Translations under genes and position numbers: made by a program
The notes under the pieces: model-generated
Databases searched by the model: none
What the model was told of the DNA's origin: nothing
The model's input: the letters and a program-made list of their open reading frames with translations, nothing else
DNA from: Terriglobia bacterium
GTDB lineage: Bacteria > Acidobacteriota > Terriglobia > 20CM-2-55-15
DNA length: 64,000 nt
Assembly: GCA_963664115.2 (NCBI GenBank)
Contig: CAXWPJ010000009.1
Location: 896,001-960,000, forward strand
Direction of reading: 5' to 3'
In this document: positions 11,435-21,267 of the stretch, piece after piece
Layout of the letters: each line of letters opens with the position of its first letter
How positions within the stretch are numbered: the first letter of the stretch is position 1

Positions 11435-11488
11435 TCTCCCTCCCTGAAATCAACATCGTCCTGAACTGGTTTGAAGAACTGAAGGAAC

Positions 11489-12872
11489 GAGTTATTGTCA
11501 AAAGTGGTGTTTAGGAGATTGATTCAAGCGGCGGCCTGATCGACTTGTGTCGCTTCGACACCATCGTTGAATTTCACTCCGATGATTACCTTGCTCAGAT
11601 CATCGAATCCTCGTAATCGTCGCCAATTGTTCTCAGCGCACTGGCCCAGTTTGAACATCATGTGCAGCATGCCATCCCGTGTCAGGCAACCTCTGGATCG
11701 CTTCGTTCGGTGTCGAATGGTGGCAAAGGTCGACTCAATGGGATTCGTCGTTCTGATGCTCTGCCAGTGCTTGGCCGGAAAGTCGTAAAAGGCCAGCAGT
11801 TCCTCTCTGTCTTTCTGCAGGCAGAGTGTGGCTTTCGGATACTTCGGTTCATAGGTTTCAATGAACAAGTCGAATGCCTTCTCGGCGTCTGCCTTCGTCT
11901 CGGCCTGCCAGATCGAGTGCAGGGCCTGTTTCGCCTTCGCCTGGACCGACTTGGGCAGGCAGTTGAGGACGTTCATGACTTTGTGCATCCAGCAACGTTG
12001 TTGACGTGTCTCGGGATAGATTTCCTCCAGTGCGGCCCAGAACCCCATCGCACCGTCACCGATGGCCAACTTCGGAACATTCATCCCACGGGACTTCAGC
12101 TTCAACAAGACCTCGCGCCAACTCTGTGTCGATTCCCGTACACCGTCTTCGATCGCCAGGAAACGCTTCTCTCCGCGTTCATTCACGCCGATCACGACCA
12201 ATGCACACAACTTGGTTTGTTCCGCCCGAAGTCCGCTGTAGATGCCGTCGGCCCAGACATAGACCCAGCGATCTGCATCCAAACGCTCCTCGCATCCGAG
12301 GCGGTACTGTTCGCCCCAAACCTGTTTCAACCGCGATACCGTGCTCGCCGACAGACCCTGCGCCTGGGGACCGACAAGAACTTTTAGGGCCTCACCCATC
12401 TCGCCGCTGGAAACGCCTTTCAAATACAACCACGGCACCGCTGCTTCCAGCGACTTCGTCTTCCGAATGTACGGTGGTACCAGGGCCGATCGGAACGTCA
12501 CAGCTTCGCCCGTCTTGGCACGGACCTTCGGGATTTGGACTGTTACCGGACCCAATCCCGTCTGCAGTTCGCGTTCCGGCAGATAACCGTTGCGTACCAC
12601 CCCGGCGTTTCCTGTCTCAGTTCGCCGGCCACCGTGCTGGGATAGCAGCTCTGCCAATTCGGCTTCCACTGCGCGTTGGATCAGTTGCTGTGCCCCAACT
12701 CGTAGTAGTTCTGTTACTGGATCCTCAATCGTTTCTCGACCTTCCGGTCCATTCACGTTACTCTTGCTCACAGTGGCGTATCTCCTATGGTTGCTTTGAA
12801 GTTTTGTCACAACAAATCAACCAGATACGCCGCTCTTATTCAATCCCTCAAACACCAGATTCGGTTATAACT
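11489..12872 (-). mobile_element. IS256-family element, copy 1
   Basis: Ends GAGTTATTGTC.. / ..GGTTATAACT, GAAGGAAC duplicated on both sides. Confidence 0.9.
11524..12810 (-). CDS. IS256-family (Mutator) transposase
   Basis: RNGY, YVWADG, IGDGAMGFW, QRCWMHK, RTTNPIES motifs. Confidence 0.92.
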   Translation of the reverse strand: MTKLQSNHRRYATVSKSNVNGPEGRETIEDPVTELLRVGAQQLIQRAVEAELAELLSQHGGRRTETGNAGVVRNGYLPERELQTGLGPVTVQIPKVRAKTGEAVTFRSALVPPYIRKTKSLEAAVPWLYLKGVSSGEMGEALKVLVGPQAQGLSASTVSRLKQVWGEQYRLGCEERLDADRWVYVWADGIYSGLRAEQTKLCALVVIGVNERGEKRFLAIEDGVRESTQSWREVLLKLKSRGMNVPKLAIGDGAMGFWAALEEIYPETRQQRCWMHKVMNVLNCLPKSVQAKAKQALHSIWQAETKADAEKAFDLFIETYEPKYPKATLCLQKDREELLAFYDFPAKHWQSIRTTNPIESTFATIRHRTKRSRGCLTRDGMLHMMFKLGQCAENNWRRLRGFDDLSKVIIGVKFNDGVEATQVDQAAA

Positions 12873-12903
12873 GAAGGAACGGGTGCCGGTTCCCTGATTT
12901 CCG

Positions 12904-12941
12904 AGTTCATGTCCTGAGAAACGACATACGGGACTTGAGAC
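12904..12941 (+). repeat. 40-bp site, hybrid/collapsed copy
   Basis: AGTTCATGTCCTGAGAA-ACGACA-TACGGGACTTGAGAC; forward left arm with a reverse-type spacer and right flank. Confidence 0.75.
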
Positions 12942-13017
12942 TTTTCTTGCGTATAAATTCCACCTGTAGTTATATTTAGACAGAGTTTCACAGCTTCTCA
13001 AACTGCACACAAAGATC

Positions 13018-13068
13018 ATGGAATCCGGCACCAAATTCGGCCATTACGAGATCCTATCCGTCATCGGT
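13018..13068 (+). pseudogene. Kinase N-terminal stub MESGTKFGHYEILSVIG
   Basis: Matches the start of the intact kinase at 49169. Confidence 0.85.
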
Positions 13069-13171
13069 CACAGTTTTCACCGCGGATTCTCAGAAAGTCT
13101 AGTAAACAGAAACTTCGCGCAGTGCTCAAGACCTCAGACGAGAACGCTGCCCGACAATTAGGAGGCTAACC

Positions 13172-13546
13172 GTGAACAGGTTGTTCATATTGCACGTCGT
13201 AGCGATCGTGTTCACTGCCACATCGCTGTTCGCTCATCACGGGACTGCGATATCGTACGATGAGGAAGCTGCACCCATCAGCGTGAAGGGCACGGTAGCA
13301 GAATTCGCGTTCCGCAATCCCCATGTGACTATTCGTATAGACGCGGTGAACGAGAACGGCGAGGTTGTAAGGTGGAATTTCGAACACAGTCCCCCACGCG
13401 CGCTAGCGCAGGAAGGCTATACTGCAAGGACGCTGCAGCCGGGTCAAGAAGTGACCGTTGTCGCATTTCCTTCTAGGGCGGGCAACCCTGTCGGGCTTGT
13501 CGTACATGTGATTCTAGCCGACGGCAGGGAAATACTCCCCAGATGA
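13172..13546 (+). CDS. DUF6152-like small secreted protein
   Basis: Signal peptide, AHH..YD..GTV.EF.FRNPH. Confidence 0.75.
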   Translation: MNRLFILHVVAIVFTATSLFAHHGTAISYDEEAAPISVKGTVAEFAFRNPHVTIRIDAVNENGEVVRWNFEHSPPRALAQEGYTARTLQPGQEVTVVAFPSRAGNPVGLVVHVILADGREILPR

Positions 13547-13769
13547 GGGCAGGCGGCATAGACGGAAGCTGTCGACAAGCAATGGCCACCGTGGGTAGCG
13601 GTTAATGGGTCCTGATTCGGCGCTGAAGCTTCGGCTGTGAGGGATCCTGGGCGGCGGCCTGGAAAGCTGACCACCGTTGAATCGTGAAGTCCAACGCGGA
13701 CGCCAGGCCGACGTTCCCTAGCCCCTTTGCTGCAATGTGTGGGCCCTAGCTAAAACTTGAGCAGGAGGT

Positions 13770-14660
13770 TTGAAAGTGCGACGTTTCATGATTCTGATCC
13801 CTATTCTCATGGTGGGGCTTCTGGCTTCTCTGGCAGCCTGCGCCGGCCCGGAAGCCGATGGAAACCAAGCCGATGGGAGCCAATTTGATCCGCGCGATCT
13901 TTCCGGAGTCTGGCAGCTACGTGAGGGCGATCGGGGCCTCAGTCCGACTGTCCCGCCTATGACCGAGGAGGGCGAGGCGAGGCTTTACGCCAATATCCCC
14001 GTACGCGGCCGCGCTCTGTCGCCGCCCGAACCCGGGGGTGTACTGCCCGAACTTGAAGAGGGAGAACACCGTGGCCGGGCTAGAGCCGTCATGCCCGCGT
14101 TCTCGAATGATCCGATGATGCAGTGTAACCCGCAGGGCTTCCCACGGCTCCTTTTCGATCCAGAGCTCGTTGAATTCGTTCATCTTGAAGATAGATTTCT
14201 GCAATTCTTCAACTGGGAAAACCGGCATCGCGAAATCTGGCTGGACGGCCGTGAAGTGCCTTCAGATGAGGACCGCGTTAACCTGGGTCTGGCGTGGTAC
14301 GGCCACTCCGTCGGTGAGTGGCAAGAAGATACATTGCTTGTCCAGACCTTCGGTTTAGACGACAGAGGATGGATCGACGTCTTCGGTTTTCCAAAAAGTG
14401 ACGAAGCACGGTTTGAAGAGCGCTACCGGCGTATAGACGCCGATACGATAGAGCTGCAGACAACAATGTATGACCCGAAGTACTATACGGAACCTTGGGT
14501 GTCGGATACGAAAGTGTTCAGGCGGGAGCCTCCCGAGAGTTATACCTTTTTCGGATGGTCCGGTTTGTTCTCCGGACTCGTGGATGGAATCTGCGCGCCG
14601 CTCGATGAGGTGGACGACTTCAACATCACCGTGCGCGATCCTGCGGGTACGGCGCAATAG
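13770..14660 (+). CDS. Secreted/lipoprotein partner of DUF6152 (unknown function)
   Basis: LAAC lipobox; CNPQGFPR and GHSVGEWQ.DTL motifs; paralog of 39244-40107 and 60565-61443. Confidence 0.75.
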   Translation: MKVRRFMILIPILMVGLLASLAACAGPEADGNQADGSQFDPRDLSGVWQLREGDRGLSPTVPPMTEEGEARLYANIPVRGRALSPPEPGGVLPELEEGEHRGRARAVMPAFSNDPMMQCNPQGFPRLLFDPELVEFVHLEDRFLQFFNWENRHREIWLDGREVPSDEDRVNLGLAWYGHSVGEWQEDTLLVQTFGLDDRGWIDVFGFPKSDEARFEERYRRIDADTIELQTTMYDPKYYTEPWVSDTKVFRREPPESYTFFGWSGLFSGLVDGICAPLDEVDDFNITVRDPAGTAQ

Positions 14661-14775
14661 GCATCCATAAGTTATCGGCTCACCCGGTTTCTTCTCCCTC
14701 TCCCTAAAGCAATTTTGCCGAAGGGTTCTGATCTTGCAGGGAAGGGTTGATTCTATCCCCCCAACCTCTACCGGG

Positions 14776-14994
14776 TTCTTCGCCTACGACCTGGACGCTG
14801 ACGGCCGCTTCCTGATCAATACATCTGTTAGACGACGAAGAGGCAGCGTCACCATGAATCATGGTCGTGACGAACTGAAACTTAAACCTGGAGCCTTGAT
14901 CGGCCTGCTTCCTCTGCGCTCTAGCGCCGCCCCTCAAATCAACATGGTCCTGAACTGGTTTGAAGACCTGAAAGAACGGGTGCCGGTTCCGTAG
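14776..14994 (+). pseudogene. Kinase C-terminal remnant ending PQINMVLNWFEDLKERVPVP*
   Basis: YDLDADGRFLIN plus the conserved tail. Confidence 0.8.
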
Positions 14995-15001
14995 TTTTCC
15001 A

Positions 15002-15041
15002 AACTCAAGCCCTGAGAGATCATCTTCTCGGACATTGAGAA
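15002..15041 (+). repeat. 40-bp site, forward
   Basis: AACTCAAGCCCTGAGAG-ATCATC-TTCTCGGACATTGAGAA. Confidence 0.9.
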
Positions 15042-15149
15042 TTTCAGCGAACGGATACCCTCCTGTCGCCTGCGGTTCCTCGATTGGCATCGACCGGACT
15101 GTATCTACCATTATTTCAATGGATTACGGTGACCCTCGATGCACTCCAA

Positions 15150-15189
15150 TTCTCACTGTCCGACAGTGTCGTTTCTTAGGACTTGAGAA
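15150..15189 (-). repeat. 40-bp site, reverse
   Basis: Top strand TTCTCACTGTCCGACAG-TGTCGT-TTCTTAGGACTTGAGAA. Confidence 0.85.
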
Positions 15190-15265
15190 TTCGATAGCAC
15201 CTAACTCACTCCTCTAGTATCTTTTACCGAGTTTATCTCGGTTTTCTCAGCGACACACTTTGAAC

Positions 15266-15307
15266 ATGGAATCTGGCACCAAACTCGGTCATTACGAGAT
15301 TCTGTCC
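15266..15307 (+). pseudogene. Kinase N-terminal stub MESGTKLGHYEILS
   Basis: Matches the intact kinase start. Confidence 0.85.
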
Positions 15308-15473
15308 ATACGCGATAACGGCCATGGGTCCAGCGTGGCCGTAAAAGGTTTGACTGAGGATGGGTCTCCCAAAATCGCACAGGGCTTACCTGCCACTATA
15401 CGGATTCCAGGGAGAATGCAATTACGTGGAAGGATTTGGCATTCGTGACGAAAAATGGTGACGGTTCCGCGTC

Positions 15474-16811
15474 ATGAATAAAAGCGTCTTGAACAGGTCG
15501 AGAATTCGCTGGGATTTTATCATTGGCGGCAGCATGTGTCTGGGGTATGCGGCGTTGATGCTCTGCCGGACGACCGTCGGCGTTGCGGGACCGGCGATGC
15601 GTCTTGATACCGACATCGAACTGACGATAACGGCATTCGGTGCGATTCTGGGCTGGGGCATGGCGGGTAACCTTCTGGGCAAACTCACGAATGGAGTCCT
15701 TGCCGATAAATTCGGGGGGCGCAAGATATTTGTTTTGGCTATCTGCGTTGCCGCGACCGCCATCTGCTCGTTTGGGATGGTTTCAGAAAGCAGCAGCTTT
15801 TTTCTGTTTTATTTCCTCACCCTTTTTGCCAAATCTGCTGGTTGGCCGGCCATGGCCAATCTCATCAAGGTGTGGTTCGCGAAGCAGAAGCACGGGCGAA
15901 TGTGGGGAATTATTTCCACGAGTTCCCGCGCGAGCGCCGTGGGAGCTACGCTTCTTCTAAGCAGTCTGTTGCTCATCGTGTCGTGGAGAGGGCTATTTTT
16001 TGTGGCTGCTGCCATCACGGCTATCGTTTTCGCAGTGCTTGCTAAGCTGCTTAAGGGCGCCCCGTCAGAGCTTAGCTTGTCGCTTCCCGATAACCCAGAG
16101 ATCGGGAGTCCAATGTCAGGTCGGACACAGGTTCATCCTTTGGACGAACTGAAAACCTTCGAAGCATTGGCTGTCTTTTTTAGGAGTCCGCGCTTTTGGT
16201 TGATCAGCATCAGTCTGATGGGCTTGGCGGTTTTGTTTGAATTTCAAGTCTTTCTTCCCATTTATCTCAGTGAGTCCTTCGGTTTATCGCCCGCTCAGGC
16301 CGGCACGGCATCGTCCATTTTCCCACTAGGTTGTCTGATCGGAGTTTTCGCTGGAGGATTTGTCTATGACAAGCTCTCGAAAAAGGCGTTGACTGCTATT
16401 TTGGGCGGCATGTCGGGTTTGGGCTTGCTGTGTCTTACGCTGCTATTGATGCTTTCCAATTTGGACTTGGATCCGCGATTGGAACTTATGCTAACCATTG
16501 GCACGATTTTCGTATTCGGCTGTGCAATCTCACCGGCCTATTATTTGCCAATGAGCGTGTTTTCAATAAACTTTGGCGGCAGGCATTGCGGCCTTTTAAT
16601 CGGACTCATCGATGCAATCGGATATACCGGCGCGATGGTATTTGATTTTGTGGGAGGTTCGGTCGCTGACCAGCAGGGGGGATGGCAGAGTTTCCTGACT
16701 ATTCTCGTCCTTGTCTCCTTGACGGTGACGGTTACCATGACGCTATTTTTGTATCTGGATTTTCGCCATTCGTTACCACTACGGAAATATAATTTGGAAT
16801 TCCAAGTATGA
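15474..16811 (+). CDS. MFS transporter (organophosphate:Pi antiporter-like)
   Basis: GVLADKFGGR motif A, GWP motif, about 12 TM segments. Confidence 0.85.
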   Translation: MNKSVLNRSRIRWDFIIGGSMCLGYAALMLCRTTVGVAGPAMRLDTDIELTITAFGAILGWGMAGNLLGKLTNGVLADKFGGRKIFVLAICVAATAICSFGMVSESSSFFLFYFLTLFAKSAGWPAMANLIKVWFAKQKHGRMWGIISTSSRASAVGATLLLSSLLLIVSWRGLFFVAAAITAIVFAVLAKLLKGAPSELSLSLPDNPEIGSPMSGRTQVHPLDELKTFEALAVFFRSPRFWLISISLMGLAVLFEFQVFLPIYLSESFGLSPAQAGTASSIFPLGCLIGVFAGGFVYDKLSKKALTAILGGMSGLGLLCLTLLLMLSNLDLDPRLELMLTIGTIFVFGCAISPAYYLPMSVFSINFGGRHCGLLIGLIDAIGYTGAMVFDFVGGSVADQQGGWQSFLTILVLVSLTVTVTMTLFLYLDFRHSLPLRKYNLEFQV

Positions 16812-16826
16812 GCACTCGAAAAAGTA

Positions 16827-16849
16827 CTGAAGGAACGCGGGTACCGTGA
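16827..16849 (+). pseudogene. Degenerate kinase tail remnant
   Basis: CTGAAGGAACGC..GTACCGTGA just before a 40-bp site. Confidence 0.55.
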
Positions 16850-16885
16850 AGCAGGCCGTTCGTCCCTGCCTACCGCTGAAATCCA

Positions 16886-16925
16886 TTCTCAAGTCCTGAC
16901 AAATCATCTTGTCGGACATTGAGAA
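16886..16925 (+). repeat. 40-bp site, forward
   Basis: TTCTCAAGTCCTGACAA-ATCATC-TTGTCGGACATTGAGAA. Confidence 0.92.
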
Positions 16926-16944
16926 ATGGTCGATTTACTGGGGT

Positions 16945-16984
16945 TTCTCACTGTCCGACAAGGTCGTTTCTCAGGACCAGAGAG
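16945..16984 (-). repeat. 40-bp site, reverse
   Basis: Top strand TTCTCACTGTCCGACAA-GGTCGT-TTCTCAGGACCAGAGAG. Confidence 0.85.
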
Positions 16985-17069
16985 TTTTCTCGCGTATAAA
17001 TCCCATCTGTAGTTAGATTTACGCAACTTTTCGCGGTTCGGTCAGCGACACACTAGAACGATGGAATCC
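16985..17069 (+). promoter_or_regulatory. Conserved kinase upstream block plus 3-codon stub (MES)
   Basis: GCGTATAAAT..CTGTAGTTA.ATTTA..CACACTAGAACG ATGGAATCC, similar to 12942-13026. Confidence 0.6.
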
Positions 17070-17619
17070 AACGCGCGCTTGCGCGAGCACATGCGCGCGC
17101 AGGGCCTGCCGGTGCCGTCCGTGGAGTGGGACGGCCCCGCGGAGACAAGCTCACAGTAGACTCTGCCCATGGCCAGCATAATCAATTGTTTTAATTTTTT
17201 TCCGCCCAACACAAGTTACTCTTCGATCCTATCTTTGGGATACAGTACGTACAACGTCGCGGAGCAACTCCCGCCACAGTTCTCGGATTGATTATTGAAC
17301 AAGCGATTGAGGAACCCAAAATGATTGAAGATAGATTCGAAAGCCGCCGCCGATTTCTCGCTGGTTGTGCGGTTGCCACCGGGGCCACTGCCCTTGGAGC
17401 GAACATCCCGACCGCGGCGGCACAGGAATCCGGATACGTTATCGATACTCCTAAAGTGGTATCGATGGAGGTCGCTGGGACTCGTGATCGATTCCCTGTT
17501 AGACGAGTTTTCTGTCTTGGCCGCAACTACCGGGCCCACGCGATCGAATCCGGGGACAATCCGGATGAAAACCCTCCCTTCTTCTTTATTAAACCTAGGG
17601 ACGCGGTTGTAGAGAGCCG

Positions 17620-19004
17620 GAGTTATAACCGAATCTGGTGTTTGAGGGATTGAATAAGAGCGGCGTATCTGGTTGATTTGTTGTGACAAAACTTCAAAGC
17701 AACCATAGGAGATACGCCACTGTGAGCAAGAGTAACGTGAATGGACCGGAAGGTCGAGAAACGATTGAGGATCCAGTAACAGAACTACTACGAGTTGGGG
17801 CACAGCAACTGATCCAACGCGCAGTGGAAGCCGAATTGGCAGAGCTGCTATCCCAGCACGGTGGCCGGCGAACTGAGACAGGAAACGCCGGGGTGGTACG
17901 CAACGGTTATCTGCCGGAACGCGAACTGCAGACGGGATTGGGTCCGGTAACAGTCCAAATCCCGAAGGTCCGTGCCAAGACGGGCGAAGCTGTGACGTTC
18001 CGATCGGCCCTGGTACCACCGTACATTCGGAAGACGAAGTCGCTGGAAGCAGCGGTGCCGTGGTTGTATTTGAAAGGCGTTTCCAGCGGCGAGATGGGTG
18101 AGGCCCTAAAAGTTCTTGTCGGTCCCCAGGCGCAGGGTCTGTCGGCGAGCACGGTATCGCGGTTGAAACAGGTTTGGGGCGAACAGTACCGCCTCGGATG
18201 CGAGGAGCGTTTGGATGCAGATCGCTGGGTCTATGTCTGGGCCGACGGCATCTACAGCGGACTTCGGGCGGAACAAACCAAGTTGTGTGCATTGGTCGTG
18301 ATCGGCGTGAATGAACGCGGAGAGAAGCGTTTCCTGGCGATCGAAGACGGTGTACGGGAATCGACACAGAGTTGGCGCGAGGTCTTGTTGAAGCTGAAGT
18401 CCCGTGGGATGAATGTTCCGAAGTTGGCCATCGGTGACGGTGCGATGGGGTTCTGGGCCGCACTGGAGGAAATCTATCCCGAGACACGTCAACAACGTTG
18501 CTGGATGCACAAAGTCATGAACGTCCTCAACTGCCTGCCCAAGTCGGTCCAGGCGAAGGCGAAACAGGCCCTGCACTCGATCTGGCAGGCCGAGACGAAG
18601 GCAGACGCCGAGAAGGCATTCGACTTGTTCATTGAAACCTATGAACCGAAGTATCCGAAAGCCACACTCTGCCTGCAGAAAGACAGAGAGGAACTGCTGG
18701 CCTTTTACGACTTTCCGGCCAAGCACTGGCAGAGCATCAGAACGACGAATCCCATTGAGTCGACCTTTGCCACCATTCGACACCGAACGAAGCGATCCAG
18801 AGGTTGCCTGACACGGGATGGCATGCTGCACATGATGTTCAAACTGGGCCAGTGCGCTGAGAACAATTGGCGACGATTACGAGGATTCGATGATCTGAGC
18901 AAGGTAATCATCGGAGTGAAATTCAACGATGGTGTCGAAGCGACACAAGTCGATCAGGCCGCCGCTTGAATCAATCTCCTAAACACCACTTTTGACAATA
19001 ACTC
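17620..19004 (+). mobile_element. IS256-family element, copy 2
   Basis: 9-bp target duplication AGAGAGCCG. Confidence 0.92.
17683..18969 (+). CDS. IS256-family transposase
   Basis: Identical to 11524-12810. Confidence 0.92.
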   Translation: MTKLQSNHRRYATVSKSNVNGPEGRETIEDPVTELLRVGAQQLIQRAVEAELAELLSQHGGRRTETGNAGVVRNGYLPERELQTGLGPVTVQIPKVRAKTGEAVTFRSALVPPYIRKTKSLEAAVPWLYLKGVSSGEMGEALKVLVGPQAQGLSASTVSRLKQVWGEQYRLGCEERLDADRWVYVWADGIYSGLRAEQTKLCALVVIGVNERGEKRFLAIEDGVRESTQSWREVLLKLKSRGMNVPKLAIGDGAMGFWAALEEIYPETRQQRCWMHKVMNVLNCLPKSVQAKAKQALHSIWQAETKADAEKAFDLFIETYEPKYPKATLCLQKDREELLAFYDFPAKHWQSIRTTNPIESTFATIRHRTKRSRGCLTRDGMLHMMFKLGQCAENNWRRLRGFDDLSKVIIGVKFNDGVEATQVDQAAA

Positions 19005-19599
19005 AGAGAGCCGCCAAGGTCATCCCTACCCACAAATGACTCGGGAGCTACGCTACGAGGGTGAGATGGTCGTCGCGTTAAAGAGTGGAGGCGCCAACAT
19101 CAGCGAAGCCGATGCACTCGACCATGTCTATGCGTACGGCGTCGGCCTGGACATGACTCGCGAAGATCTGCAGCACATCGCCCAAGACCTATCTCGTCCC
19201 TGGGCGATCAGTAAGTCATTCGACAACTCTGCGCCATGCGGGCCGCTCTACACGGTCGAAGTGAACGGCCACGCAGTGACCGGACGCATCTGGCTGAGCG
19301 TAAACGATGAAATAAAACAGGACTCGGACATTTCGATGCAGATATGGTCGGTCTCCGAAGGGATCTCCATCCTTTCACGGCACTACGAACTTGCGGCCGG
19401 CGACATCATCATGACCGGAACACCCGAGGGGGTCGGACTCGTAGAAAGGCGTGATGTCATCAAATGCGGCATTGAGGGCGTTGGCGAAATCGAGGTCCGG
19501 GTCACGTAAAACTCTCTGCGGTAGACGAGCAGCCTAGGGCGCTCGACCTGAAAAGGGGCGCGCTCGGCCCTCGAACTTGAGGCGGCGTATTCTGTCGCG

Positions 19600-19827
19600 C
19601 TAATTAGTCATGATCGCTGTGATCGTCGTGCGGCCGGCGACCTCCTCGTAAGGCTCGAGCGCCTGCTCGAGCGGAACGACAGTGGTCGCGAGCGTCTGCA
19701 AGTCGAACTGCCCCTTCTCGAGCGACTCCACGAAACGCGATGTATCGCGCAGCGGACTGCAGCCACCGGCTCGCCCGCCGTGGTGCGTCACGCCTCCGGT
19801 TGAGAACAGGTTACCGGGCAGCACCAT
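19600..19827 (-). pseudogene. Probable Zn-dependent alcohol dehydrogenase C-terminal fragment
   Basis: GG..PLRD..RF...LEKGQFDL..L.T...PLEQ pattern typical of MDR C-termini; no N-terminal part. Confidence 0.45.
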
Positions 19828-19942
19828 TCGGACAGTGAGCGGATAAGCGGTTCAAGCATGGGCCGACGACCATGGCAGCGCTGACAGTGCCGTCGTATGG
19901 GTGTCATGTCAACCCTCGGGCGGCCGCAGGCCTTCACGCGAT

Positions 19943-19993
19943 ATCGTCCTCAACTGGTTCGAGGAACTGAAGGAACGGGCCCCGGTCCCTTAG
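19943..19993 (+). pseudogene. Kinase tail IVLNWFEELKERAPVP*
   Basis: Direct translation. Confidence 0.85.
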
Positions 19994-20060
19994 TACATCC
20001 CTGACCGTCCATGTGACTGATTAATTGACCTGAAATCCGACCTGTAGTCTGATTTATCCG

Positions 20061-20111
20061 ATGCAACCCGGCACGAAACTCGGCCACTATACCGTGTTGT
20101 CACTTATTGGT
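20061..20111 (+). pseudogene. Kinase N-terminal stub MQPGTKLGHYTVLSLIG
   Basis: Divergent paralog start, preceded by the CCTGTAGTCTGATTTA block. Confidence 0.75.
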
Positions 20112-20220
20112 TTTGCAGTCCGCGCGGCCCTCCTCCTCGCGCGCGCCCGACTCGCCCGCTGACTGAGAGAGGTGCCTCGCCGAAGACACCTAAGAAACAT
20201 CCGATTCTCTTCAGTCTCCG

Positions 20221-21149
20221 CTACTGCGGCGCCCTGATCGGCATGCCGCCGGGTTCGGTAGGCTCTCGGTACCGGTACAGGTAGTCATACATGGTGGTGA
20301 CGTTCGGCTCGTGATTCTGCTCGAGGTTCGTGTAGTCCGCGAAGTCGTCCATCGTCACGAGTCCGAGAATCTCCTCCAACGAGCGCCCAGCCACCATATG
20401 GGTCAACACGCGTTCTCTAAGGTTCGCGAGGTACTCCCGGTAGCGGCGGAAGTAGGCCTGGGTCGCAACAGGCGAGTTATGACCCGGCACGACGATGTCC
20501 ACGTCGTCCATCCGAGCGAGTATTCCCAACACCTCGATGGTGCTGTCCACGTCCATATCACGAAAGTCGGATTGGGCAGTTGCCCCTCTGGACGCGCTAG
20601 ATCCGGAACGAACAACACACCATCCTGGGGTATGTGGGTGACGATTAGGTTGTCGCTGTGGGTCGGGCCGAAGTAGTGCAGCACGACCTTCACGCCGCCC
20701 AGGTCGATGTCCAGTGACTCCTCGAACGTGACCGTTGGAACCGGCGCTACGCGTCCCTCCCGAATCAGGTGCGCCCTGATCTTCTTGTGGCCGATGGACA
20801 CGGCCGTGTCTGCGAACACCGTCGTACCGCAGATGTGGGTCTGGTGGTCATGGCTCAGCACGACGTAGCGCACCGGCACGTCATAGCGTCGCTCGAGCTC
20901 TTCTTTGAACCATTGGGCACTGTCCGGATCGCAAGGCGTAGTACCCGGCCCGTCGATTACGATGATGCCTTCCGACGTGGGAACGAACAGCCCGTTGATG
21001 GTAGTACCCCGATTCCCCCAACGGTACACGTGCCGCGAAATCTGGTTGATACTGGGCTCGGAGGTGTCCCAGCTGGTGGCGTACTGCGCGAACGATGGTT
21101 GACTGAGAAAGAATAGTCCTACGAGACTCAGTGGCTTGATGATATTCAT
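20221..21149 (-). pseudogene. Secreted MBL-fold metallo-hydrolase, frameshifted near 20570
   Basis: SHDHQTH and GPTHSD in one frame, VVPGH in the other; a 1-nt loss would explain LPNP/DFRDMDVD. Confidence 0.75.
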
Positions 21150-21267
21150 TCTGTTTTTCTCCGCAGATTCAAGCACTGGCTATAGCTAGCGTGAACACTA
21201 GCTGTTAACCGGGCGTTAAGCCCGCCTCCCCGATTCGCGAAGATTGGCTTGGCTTCCTCAGCGTGCG

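Larger units (their letters stand above)
11443..12897 (+). pseudogene. Kinase C-terminal tail PEINIVLNWFEELKERVPVP*, split by IS256
   Basis: 11443-11488 plus 12881-12897 rejoin once the IS and the duplicated GAAGGAAC are removed. Confidence 0.85.
17321..19509 (+). pseudogene. FAH-family (fumarylpyruvate hydrolase-like) gene with Tat signal, interrupted by IS256
   Basis: SRRRFL Tat motif, [24 protein letters not shown]; halves rejoin in frame (AVVESRQGHPYPQMT). Confidence 0.85.
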
